Shown here one piece after another: positions 7,577 through 17,419 of a DNA stretch of 64,000 nt (position 1 is the first letter of the stretch; every line of letters begins with the position of its first letter). The DNA lies in IMG/VR virus record IMGVR_UViG_3300033153_008400, positions 1-64,000 of that record; one strand, 5' to 3'. Made by a program: the position numbers and the translations under genes. The notes beneath the pieces were generated by a model. That model made no database searches. It saw only the letters and a list, made by a program, of their open reading frames with translations, and had not been told where the DNA came from. Source of the DNA: a virus.

Positions 7577-7920
7577 TTGGGGAGTATCGTTTCTCCCCAA
7601 CGTCTTATGCTGCCTGTCTTACAGGAGCATAAAAAAGTGTAATAACTTTTCCAGTTATTGGTTTATCATTAATACCCATTTACTTCACTTTACAACTGTC
7701 AAAACCCTTCGTCCCCATATGACACAGGAAAATACTATTATAGGCTTTTATTTAAGTATCTATTCTCACGTATTCTAGCTTCAAGGAACCTGTGTCTGTA
7801 ACGGCAGGAGTGTTATTCTCGATCAACTTAATGTAGGCGAGCACTCCCAAGAGTGGAGACGCTGGGAATCGAACCCAGGTCCAAATTGCTAGATTCATAA
7901 CCTAACAGTACTAATAATGT
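7577..7920 (-). ncRNA. ssrA: Circularly permuted (two-piece) tmRNA gene; tag (A)GKVITLFYAPVRQAA
   Basis: Acceptor piece ...GGAC-CTGGG-TTCGATT-CCCAG-CGTCTCC-A (~7920-7854) lies upstream of the coding piece starting GGGGACG-AAGGGTTTTGAC (7716); G3:U70 pair; ATAACT precedes resume codon GGA (7652) and tag ends GCA GCA TAA (7605); terminal hairpin 7577-7600. Confidence 0.88.
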
Positions 7921-8105
7921 TTTAAAAACTCCTATGCCTGACTAATACAGACCGTAAACCGTATCGTTTAGATAGGAGTTAAAAGTATTTCTTTGTTTTC
8001 CTTGACTTACTACGTCTGTAGCTGTGGCTTATGCCTTGTCTCCTTCAAAAACTGTGGTCACAATATCAACTACGTTATTATTGACGGCAGTTTCATATAC
8101 GGGAC

Positions 8106-8294
8106 TTATACGTCATCTGTTTTCCCAAAATGCTTTATTTCTTTTACTTCACCTGTACCAATTATTTTTCGATAGCTTTCATCTTTAATTTGTTTCTTAT
8201 ACCAATTTAAATAATGTCCTTGATTATCAAATTCATATATTTTATTCTTAAAGCCTCCTGCAGTCATTTTAAAATTTACTCTTATTTTAAGCAT
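8106..8294 (-). CDS. Small hypothetical protein
   Basis: 62-aa ORF upstream of the RNA cluster. Confidence 0.65.
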   Translation of the reverse strand: MLKIRVNFKMTAGGFKNKIYEFDNQGHYLNWYKKQIKDESYRKIIGTGEVKEIKHFGKTDDV

Positions 8295-8339
8295 AAGTAT
8301 GAATTTTAAGGGTAAAGTATTATAACTTTACCCTAATTT

Positions 8340-8858
8340 TTATCTATACTTTTTTCCTAAATTAAAAAAGAATAGAAATACTTTATTAAATCTATCATAT
8401 AACCAAGAACCTATTTGTCTTATAAAATCAGTAAGTAACCAATTAAACAACGATATAGGCCAAAGTGACCACCATCTTAAAACATTATCTTTTAATCCTT
8501 CAGATAATTTTTCATCTTGTTCTTTTAAATTTTGTTTTATCTTTTCTTCTGAGATTATTCCTATACCATTATATACAAGTTTCTTATTTCCATAAAGAAA
8601 AGCTCTTATTAATGCAAATACTGCACCTATAAGAAAATAATATCCTATTCTTTGCAAAGTTATAAAGGTAAATATTTTTATATCCCCCCAAAAATATACA
8701 ATGACAATAAATATCATTATAGATGATATAGAAGATATTGACCTTTCATGAAAATCCAAATAAAACAATAATGCTAACAATACTAAAGTACATGCCCAAA
8801 AAGCTACTACATTCCCAAATAGTGATACTTGGGGTAAAAATTCATTAACTGTTTCCAT
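8340..8858 (-). CDS. Membrane protein (3-4 TM segments)
   Basis: Multiple hydrophobic stretches; WWSLWPIS motif. Confidence 0.75.
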   Translation of the reverse strand: METVNEFLPQVSLFGNVVAFWACTLVLLALLFYLDFHERSISSISSIMIFIVIVYFWGDIKIFTFITLQRIGYYFLIGAVFALIRAFLYGNKKLVYNGIGIISEEKIKQNLKEQDEKLSEGLKDNVLRWWSLWPISLFNWLLTDFIRQIGSWLYDRFNKVFLFFFNLGKKYR

Positions 8859-8861
8859 ATT

Positions 8862-10853
8862 TTAAAATTTAATTTTTAATAATCGTTTAAATTTACCCTC
8901 TACTCTTAATATAACTTCAGATGCTATAGTCTCACTGAAACCAATTCCTGATAGTTGATCCTGAGAAGCAACAACTGACATCTTATTTCCCATCACTTCA
9001 AACACCTTTCTATTCTCATTAAATTCTGATTTTAAGAATTCATTAAAGAATGGTCTAACTACTTCATTGTTAACACAACCATCTAACATAAACATAAAGT
9101 GTTTATTACCAGTACCAATACCTTCCCAGTAGTTAGGAGACAAAAGTAAGTGTTTTACTTTAATAAAACTATTAGTTTCTAATCCCCATTTTTGTTTAAC
9201 AGCTACTTTGGAATCAACTTCCTTAGAAAATGTTATCCCTTTGAAGCTATCATACATGATGTCTATTATGGCTTGTTTAAATCCTGCTTTAGGAGACTTA
9301 TCAAAGTGCATATCAGTGATATTACCATCATGTTCAATTTGTATATCAAATCCTACATCAACAAGTTCTCTTCTGCTATATTGATTAACCATAACCCTGT
9401 ATGTACCATTGTCCATAGTGTGTTTATCAGGAAAGATAATATTTTCTACAGCCTCACGGGTGTTTCCTCCTCCTGCATTCATATCAACATCAAGGTTACC
9501 TTTTGTACGTCGGTCTACTTTATTTGAAAAGTAAATCTCATTACCTTGAGGTGTTACAACATGTAAATCAAGGTCATCAAAGTTATACCAAGATAGTGAT
9601 GCACGTAATTCTCCTGTTACTTGTCCACCTGCTCGTTTGACACGTTCCTTGATACTATCAGTGATTCCTCCTGTATACGACCATGAAAACAGGTTATTCC
9701 ATTGAAACAGACTTGTTGCATCCTTGTTTTCACCAGTTATCAAGCTACATAATTTTGCTAAGTGATTGTTCTCTAGAAATAATTCTATACTCTTTGCAGT
9801 AGGAAGTACATCACTGATAAATTTCTCTATAGTAATTTCTTCTACTTTCTTAAGTGTCTTGACATTGATGCGTTTCTTACTTTCAGTAGACATCTCATCA
9901 AATACATCAGTCAATTCGCTACTGCGATCAACAAATAAGAAATTTTCTGCACTAAGGTCAGTCTCAATAGCAAATCTTCTCTCCAAGGAGTCAAGAAGTC
10001 CTAACTCAGTAAGTTTAGCTTTAGCATTTTCTATCATACGAGGAGTAATAAGTGCTGTAGGCCTTTTATAATTAGTAGGTGCAACAACAGCTTCAAATTT
10101 AGTTACAGCCATGTCTAATTCCATACCCTCACTTAAGTTTACAAGTAAGGTACCAATAGATGTGTTTCGGATACCAACAACAGGTTCAGATACACCAGAT
10201 ACACTTTTCCAAGTAAAGTTTACACGTTCATCTTCATCTACTATATTACGATAATCAGTTAAAACACCTATAAAATCATTAATCATGTGAGTATAAGTAT
10301 TACCTCTATATAAACTTCCCTGAGCTATAAGCTCATTTACAGTCAATAATGCATCAGGTTTTAATTCCTTAAGAGCTCTTTCAAACATCTTCCTATTTGT
10401 TCTGAATTTACCACGCTTTTTGTCTATTAATCCATTCTCTACAAAACGAGATGGCGTCATAAAATATAAATGACTCCATGTAATAGTATCTGCACCATTC
10501 CTATTCTCATCTACACCACAATGCTTATCATCTGTTAAGAAGATATCAGTAATAGGTAAGCTATGAATATATAATGCTATTTCATCTATACTTGACTGAA
10601 ATTCTGCAGGTGCATCAATGTTGTCCCAAATGCTGACTCTCTTGTAGCCTTCAATAGCGACAATACCAGCATACTTACGTAAGAAACCTTTACAATTATT
10701 GCAATTATGTTCTTGTTTGTGATCATCATGGAAACTTTCTAAATATTTTTCCCATACCTTATCTTTACTAATTTGAGTATAAAATAATACATCACTATTC
10801 TCAGCCATTTTATCAAAGTTGGCTCTAACTTGTCTTTTTAAGTCTTTAAACAT
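8862..10853 (-). CDS. Conserved large phage protein with an N-terminal HNCNNC motif and a YfaP/DUF2135-like domain
   Basis: GELRASLSWYNFDDLDLHVVTP...LDVDMNAGG...AVENI motif; HNCNNCKGF. Confidence 0.75.
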   Translation of the reverse strand: MFKDLKRQVRANFDKMAENSDVLFYTQISKDKVWEKYLESFHDDHKQEHNCNNCKGFLRKYAGIVAIEGYKRVSIWDNIDAPAEFQSSIDEIALYIHSLPITDIFLTDDKHCGVDENRNGADTITWSHLYFMTPSRFVENGLIDKKRGKFRTNRKMFERALKELKPDALLTVNELIAQGSLYRGNTYTHMINDFIGVLTDYRNIVDEDERVNFTWKSVSGVSEPVVGIRNTSIGTLLVNLSEGMELDMAVTKFEAVVAPTNYKRPTALITPRMIENAKAKLTELGLLDSLERRFAIETDLSAENFLFVDRSSELTDVFDEMSTESKKRINVKTLKKVEEITIEKFISDVLPTAKSIELFLENNHLAKLCSLITGENKDATSLFQWNNLFSWSYTGGITDSIKERVKRAGGQVTGELRASLSWYNFDDLDLHVVTPQGNEIYFSNKVDRRTKGNLDVDMNAGGGNTREAVENIIFPDKHTMDNGTYRVMVNQYSRRELVDVGFDIQIEHDGNITDMHFDKSPKAGFKQAIIDIMYDSFKGITFSKEVDSKVAVKQKWGLETNSFIKVKHLLLSPNYWEGIGTGNKHFMFMLDGCVNNEVVRPFFNEFLKSEFNENRKVFEVMGNKMSVVASQDQLSGIGFSETIASEVILRVEGKFKRLLKIKF

Positions 10854-10873
10854 TTTTTAAGATTTTAAGGTTT

Positions 10874-12340
10874 TTATTTTATATTTTCTGTGAAATTGTC
10901 ATCAAGGGCTATTTTTAACCACTCTTTAAGGGAAAGCAAATATAATGTACGACATACATACAATATACTTTCCTGTCTGCTTATTTTATACCAACCTCCC
11001 TGACCTTTCATAAAGCATTTAGATGCATTATTGTATATTAAAAAACTATCTAACATACGCGTATCAGTAGGTGGTTTTTTAGGATTTACTTTTTTAAAAG
11101 CATCCCTATGCCATATTTTAGTAATCATCTTAAGTTAATTTATTTCAATTACTGGAAGTGCTAAAATAGATCCCTTCAAAATCATACTACCCATATTAGT
11201 AGCAAACCATTGTCTGATACGTGGTTTTAACCCATAAGTCCAAGTATCATCTTGTGATTTATATACTTTAGCAACTGAATAGGATATTACCTCATATTGT
11301 TGAGTTTTTCTATTCCAATCATAAGTACTATATTCACTATCAACACTTTTTATATAAAACTTAACCATAGAATTCCAATTCAATGGTATATTTGATTTTA
11401 AACATTTATGAAGAACTTTTAATAAAGCTTGTTGTTTTACATTCAATTGATTATTGATACCAACACTCATTAAAGAAATTGCTTTCCCATTCAACGTTAT
11501 TATATTACTCATAATTGATTTTATTTACATTCATTACACGTTACATTCAAAATTGTATGCTCTGTTATTTTTTCACAAAAAGGACACTTCATTTTACTCA
11601 TTTCTTTGTGATATGTTCCAACAAGAACAGATATTTCTTTATATAAATTTATTCTTAGTTTTTCTTGTTCAGTATTAATACCATTTGAAGGTAAATACTT
11701 ATCCAACAATTTTGATACTGTTATTGCTATAGTCATATTATTTAACAGGTTTCATTACTTGAGCTAACCAATATGGTATTTCAAGAGTGCTTTCGCATTG
11801 ATTTATTGTACATTGAGATTTCGGAACCCAAAATCTATACACATCTTCGGCGACTTTAATATCCATAAGCCATGCCTTTTCAGTTTCAACGATTATTTCT
11901 GTTATATCTCTGATGATAGGGTCTCTTTCTTGTTCTAAGTATACTCTACCAGATGTATTATTAGGGCCACATTCGTCGTAATAACCACCATAGTCATCAA
12001 AACCGTAATCTGAAGGGATATTGTATCCCATTTCTTCTGCAAAACTCATATTTTTATTTTAAATAGAATTAATTAACCAATCCCTAGCATACCTAGGAAG
12101 AGTTGATTTATTTTGTTTTATTAATTCAATCTCATCAAAAATACCTCTGTTTGTGCGAAGTAAATGATGAATTACTTTGTTTCTAATGAATAGAAATCTA
12201 TTATGTGTCTTATGCACTTTTCTCTGCTCCTTTGTATAAGGTACAGTAGACCATGATTTACCATCAGGTTTTGTAAATACTCCTAATGGTTCATAAGTCA
12301 AAGAGTCCCCATTCTTATCTGTCCAACCTGATATAAACAT
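10874..12340 (-). CDS. Run of five small hypothetical early genes (10874-11128, 11135-11512, 11521-11736, 11738-12049, 12059-12340)
   Basis: Tightly packed co-oriented ORFs; 11521-11736 has CxxC pairs; 11738-12049 has ETEKAWL...WVPKSQ. Confidence 0.7.
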
Positions 12341-12341
12341 A

Positions 12342-12920
12342 TTAATTTACTGTTTTTTCATCTACAAGTGTTAAATCATCTATATAGCGACCATTTTGTC
12401 TTAATAAACTACCAATACCACAATAATCATATTTAGGATTCATAATAGCTTTTTTATGTAAAGGAGAACCAAACCAACCATAACCATTTCTAATTACTTT
12501 ACCATCTTTATCTAAAATTGGTTCTCTACCTACAACTGTTAAAGGAGTTCTATAATATTTATTAATTAAATCAGCACTACCATCTGCACCATCTATTTTT
12601 AATTCAAGTGCTTCATTACGTGATTCTTTATGATCTATTTGATTAAGAGTATCCATTTCTACTACTCTGCCTTGAGCTTTTGTCATTATATTATAACAAA
12701 TCTTATATGGTTTTCTACCACGTTTAACAACTTCTTTATTTAATAATATAAATATATCATGTTGTCGTTTTAAATTATCTGCCCATGCTACAGGTTCACA
12801 TGGAAATATTATATTAGGTATTGGTTTATTCTTTTTTCTAAATCTTAAATAATTCTTGATTACTAAATAGGCTATTAAACCTAAAGCAAATCCTATAATA
12901 AAATATTGATATACTGGCAT
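12342..12920 (-). CDS. Membrane-anchored CAP/SCP-like domain protein
   Basis: N-terminal TM helix; C-terminal WFGSPLHKKAIMNPKYDYCGIG resembles the CAP signature W..SxxH..I..P.Y...GIG. Confidence 0.6.
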   Translation of the reverse strand: MPVYQYFIIGFALGLIAYLVIKNYLRFRKKNKPIPNIIFPCEPVAWADNLKRQHDIFILLNKEVVKRGRKPYKICYNIMTKAQGRVVEMDTLNQIDHKESRNEALELKIDGADGSADLINKYYRTPLTVVGREPILDKDGKVIRNGYGWFGSPLHKKAIMNPKYDYCGIGSLLRQNGRYIDDLTLVDEKTVN

Positions 12921-12937
12921 AATTTTTTAATTTTAAG

Positions 12938-13692
12938 TTAAAATATATCCCTACGATGAGAATGTGTTAATTTTTGCATTCTCATTCCAGGATATAGATG
13001 AATGTTATCTCGAAGTTCTTGTTCTGTATTAAATCGCTTTATTATCTCACCAACATCTCCATCTCTTACTATGTATCTTTGCATCCTTGAATGATGTCTA
13101 CAAAAATAATGTGTTCCATTAAAATAAGTAGCAAGTGTAGTACATGGTGATTTACCTCCTTTGCCCCAAGGAGTGTGATGTTGTTTCATTTTACAACATA
13201 TAATATTAGTTGTATTATTAAATAATTTCATCATTTAATCTTCTTCTTTAAAATCTCCATCAGCGTCACAATGACTTGGTGGATAACCGTGTTTTCTAAT
13301 GTTCCAATGTCTTAATGGTCTATTAATAGCTATTATTAATACTTGTGCAGGAATACCTAACATCATTCCTACCATTATCCAATAACCACAAAATTTCCAA
13401 AATCCTCCACTTACAGATTCTATTATTATTTGATGTATTATTTCCATAATCAAAACCAATTTCCTTGTGAATCTTGTAATACTGCTTTACTACATCTTGG
13501 ACACTTTCCTGTAGAAGAGCATCCATTAAATCCTATTATTTCAGGTCGTTTATGCCATCCCCAAAAGGAACAGAACCATTTATTATCAGAATAATAATTA
13601 ATGATTAGCATTGGTAGACATATAATTATAAGTATTGGTAGCATCCACCATCTTATATCTGATAATTCTTTTTTAATTGTTCTTGTTTTCAT
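12938..13692 (-). CDS. Three small hypothetical genes (12938-13234 Cys/His-rich; 13235-13459 with TM; 13450-13692 with TM plus Zn-ribbon)
   Basis: Co-oriented, abutting or overlapping ORFs. Confidence 0.65.
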
Positions 13693-13791
13693 AATTTAAT
13701 TAAATTTAAAAACCACCATAGTATGACCATATCCGACTAACTCGAGTATAATGGTTTACCTCTTGCGTGGACTTTACTATGGTGGAATATT

Positions 13792-14385
13792 TTATAATTT
13801 AGATAATACTTTTTGTAAATGATATCTTCCATTGTTTCCTTGTTCTTGGTCAAATAACATAAGGGCCGCGGCAATTGCAAAGCCATCAATAGTTCTGAGA
13901 GTACCAGTGTCAGGCATTTTATGTTGCTCATTACATTCCTTAGGATCATCTACACTATTGTACAATCTACATATAGAAGGTCTGTAATCATATACTTTGC
14001 ATTCACCTTTATCATCTAACAAAGCACAACGCTTATCTGCATATTTTAACCTATGATGAGGTTTATTATTTTGTCGTTTAATTAATTCCTTATCAATAGA
14101 TATCTTAAATTGTTTAATAGCTGAATAAATAACAGTAGACTCTACATATGATAGCTCAATTTCTCCATAGCAACAAAAATGACATCCTACCTTACATGAA
14201 ATTTTCGCTGTAAGTCCTGAGCCATCATTAGTGGCATCGATATATTTGTGCGCATAATCTGTGACTCCCTGGGGACCATGTTTCTTATAAGCCTCATGAA
14301 ATACAGGAGCTATTTGTATAGCCTTAGCTGAAATCTCTTTAAAATTCTTTTCTAAGAAATCTTTAATACCTTTTTTCTTACTCAT
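13792..14385 (-). CDS. YkgJ/FliB-like cysteine-cluster protein
   Basis: CKVGCHFCC ... CALLDDKGECKVYDYRPSICRLY motif. Confidence 0.85.
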   Translation of the reverse strand: MSKKKGIKDFLEKNFKEISAKAIQIAPVFHEAYKKHGPQGVTDYAHKYIDATNDGSGLTAKISCKVGCHFCCYGEIELSYVESTVIYSAIKQFKISIDKELIKRQNNKPHHRLKYADKRCALLDDKGECKVYDYRPSICRLYNSVDDPKECNEQHKMPDTGTLRTIDGFAIAAALMLFDQEQGNNGRYHLQKVLSKL

Positions 14386-15018
14386 TGTTTAATAAATTTT
14401 TAATTATCCATCTTAATCCTGGTTTCTTCCATTTATTTTTCTTTCTGATAAGTAAATTATTAGCCTTAGGAAAATAGTCTATAATACCATATTTAAATGT
14501 AGATATACTATAACTACCATTATTTCTATATACTACAGGATATCGCATCTCAAGAGGCTTTAACCAACCATCTACAAATTTTTCACTCCTGCTTTCACGG
14601 AGAGCTTTACATAAGATGCCAAGGGCTTTAAGATCATTTTCTTCCATACTTGCTTCTAATTCCAACGCTTTAGATTTTTTCATATCGTAATAATATCTTT
14701 TGTAAACAATTTCTCTGCTTCATATTCAGCTATACGATACATATCTTTAAGCTTTAATGTAAAATATGTTTCTTTAAATATAAGACTTGCAGTAGTTTTT
14801 TTAAATTCTACATTAAGAGGATTTTCAATGGATTTAACCTTATCATTTGCCCTGTATGCAAGAATATAATTTAAACATTTTAAGAATTCCTTTAAAGTAA
14901 TATTTTCTTTTAAAATAACCTTAGGTGTCCATTTTGTTAATTTGCTAAATACTAATGTAATGACAACTTCATTATCTTTTACACTAGCTTTAGTATTAAA
15001 TAAGTCTGCTTTTTTCAT
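14378..15018 (-). CDS. Two hypothetical genes (14378-14683, 14680-15018)
   Basis: Overlapping stop/start junctions. Confidence 0.7.
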
Positions 15019-15044
15019 GATAGTTTTAAGTTTTTAATTATTAA

Positions 15045-15390
15045 AAAAGAGTAGATCACGCTCAATATAGGAGGTGTGTACAGCTATATTTTAACTGTTG
15101 GTGATTTTAGAAGTAACTACTCTTTTAAGTTTTTTGAAAAGACACCTTCTGTCTTAGGATTTAGTATGTTTTATAATTAAAACTCCAACGCAACGCTAGA
15201 AAAAGATAAATTAAAAGTGTTTTAGGATAATAGGCCATCACGTCCTCGTCACAGACTCTCGCACTAATTTCAACTACTAAAGTTACTCCTTCTCTATTGA
15301 GTGGGACATCTTAGCAATACTTACCATTCTGGTTCTTTTTAGAGTTTTAATGTTAATCAATACCTCTTGACGAACTCGCCTCTAAAACAC
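15045..15390 (-). ncRNA. Candidate large structured non-coding RNA region
   Basis: ~375-nt ORF-free gap with nested stems GTGTTTTAG/CTAAAACAC, TTCGTCA/TGACGAG, AAAAGAGTAG/CTACTCTTTT, ATCAC/GTGAT, AATATAG/CTATATT. Confidence 0.5.
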
Positions 15391-15395
15391 CTTAT

Positions 15396-15668
15396 TTATT
15401 GTTCTCGCCAACCTTTACCATATTTAATGTTAATTGTTTGACGACATTCATTAACAATTACATTTTCATTCTTATCAGGATTAGTAAATTTAGTTTCCTT
15501 AATTAAAATAGCTAACTCTTTACGAATTACTTTAGTTCTTTTAGAATATTGAGGACTATTATAAAATCCTCTCATCATAGTACGTGGAAATCCTTCACCT
15601 CCACCTAACCATTCTCCTGTTTGTTCATCAACATCTCCATTGATGATATCATCTGCATTATCTCCCAT
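15396..15668 (-). CDS. Hypothetical protein
   Basis: 90 aa; MGDNADDIING...GGGEGFPRT. Confidence 0.7.
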   Translation of the reverse strand: MGDNADDIINGDVDEQTGEWLGGGEGFPRTMMRGFYNSPQYSKRTKVIRKELAILIKETKFTNPDKNENVIVNECRQTINIKYGKGWREQ

Positions 15669-15674
15669 AATATT

Positions 15675-16032
15675 TTATTGTAAACCAAACAAGGTATCTA
15701 ATATCCATACTAATGTCATAACACCAACAACAATAATTAATGCTAATATCCATTGATTTTTTTGTTTTTTATTCATAAGTCAAGTTGTTTTAAGGTTATG
15801 TCAACTATTTCAGAAATAGTTAAACGTGGATTGCTTTTAGCTATTAATATACAAGCTACTATTACATTAACAGGATCATCATCTTCTGCTTTATCTAATA
15901 ATATAGTAATGGCTCTTTGTTGTAATTCATCTGTGGTCATCTTTTGGTTTTTTTACGTTTCTTTTTACGCTTAGCTTTAGCTTTGCGTGCTTGTTGTTCT
16001 TTTTGTAATTCTTTAGTAGTTCTTAAACTCAT
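15675..16032 (-). CDS. Three micro-ORFs missed by the track: 15675-15776 (33 aa, single TM), 15773-15940 (55 aa), 15937-16032 (31 aa, very basic)
   Basis: Translated by hand; ATGA stop/start overlaps at 15773-15776 and 15937-15940. Confidence 0.65.
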
Positions 16033-16034
16033 AA

Positions 16035-17339
16035 TTATTGTTTTTGAAATAGAAAATCATCATTAAATTTTTCTTTATGTAAAGAAGATGCTATAACCAT
16101 ACCTCTTACCATACTATCATATCCTCCTTTACGTAACAATCTGCGTTCAGCTTCAAACATATTAACTAACATATCCTCCCCAGGAGGAAGAATAACATCA
16201 TTAACTTTAATGCAGTGAAACTTACGTTCAATATCATTATAGTCTATCATGTCAATAGCTACAGCTTTATTATCAATAATAAGAGCTGATTTAGTACTAT
16301 CATTCAATTCTAATGCTCTAAATATTTTACCTTGTAATTCTTCAGGTGTATGCATTACTGCATGTTCACATTTAGCATCATTTTTTACTAATACATATCC
16401 TGTTATATCTCCTAACATAATTATTTATCTTCGTTTTTATTATCTAATCCATCACAATTATCAGACTGTGCACGCATTTGTGATACTCTTAAATCAATGA
16501 TAGTTTTAAGTGTACCTAATTTTTCACATTCAAATCCATTAACTCCAACAGTTAAATATCTACAACATTTTTTACCTTGACCTATTTTACAAGTTTCAGT
16601 CATATATTCATTACTTATTCTCATAATTATTTCAAGTTTTTAATTATTTAAGGTTATTTTTAATCCATTCATTTATACCCCATTCAGATATTTGTTCTCC
16701 ATGACATTTATTTAATAATATTATCACTTCCTCTTTAGACCAACTATCCTTAACTGAATGAATAGTAATAGTATTATCTGAATCTACTTTGAGATTTCCT
16801 GGATAAGTATCCATATCAAATGAATCAGCACACATTATTGTATGATATTCAACCATGACTTCATTAATACCACCTTTTCTAACATATTTATCAATAAACA
16901 TTTGATGTGGTTGAGGTAATTTACCGTTAGAACCAGCTACAATTTTACCATCAACTGCCATAGTTTTAAAAACATTAAGACTAGAATCAGTAGTAGCTAT
17001 AATCTTTCTACAATCTTCACAATGCCAACCTAAAGTTTTACCAAGTTGTCTACCATCTATATCATAATGACAATTAGCTTGACCTACTTCTCTAGTACTT
17101 GTCACTTTTCCTATAAAATGAGAATTATAATCAGGATTATTATAGCCAGCTACATCATAAGTTACCCAATCATCCTTTTCAATTCCATCATCTGTTACAA
17201 AATATAAATGTACTGCATGCCAATTTTCATTAGTAAACAAATCTTTTCTAGTTTTAATAGCATGCCCTGTTTTGGATTTATATAAATCACTATTATTAGT
17301 TGTTGGTAACATTATTACCTTTGCTCTTTTAAGTTCCAT
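16035..17339 (-). CDS. Three hypothetical genes (16035-16418, 16421-16624 Cys-rich, 16644-17339)
   Basis: Co-oriented, short spacers. Confidence 0.7.
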
Positions 17340-17419
17340 GTATTTATTAATTTTTAAGATTAATTAGTAGAGGAAACTGGGCAGCAACCACGCATACCCA
17401 GAACCTTCCACTAATAAGA

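Noticed and set aside
13713-13785. c-di-GMP-I riboswitch
   Set aside because: There is only superficial GYAAA/GCAA similarity; the two-hairpin consensus could not be matched.
15045-15390. RNase P RNA or group I intron
   Set aside because: The GAGGAAAGUCC/P4 and P7 consensus sequences were not found by eye.
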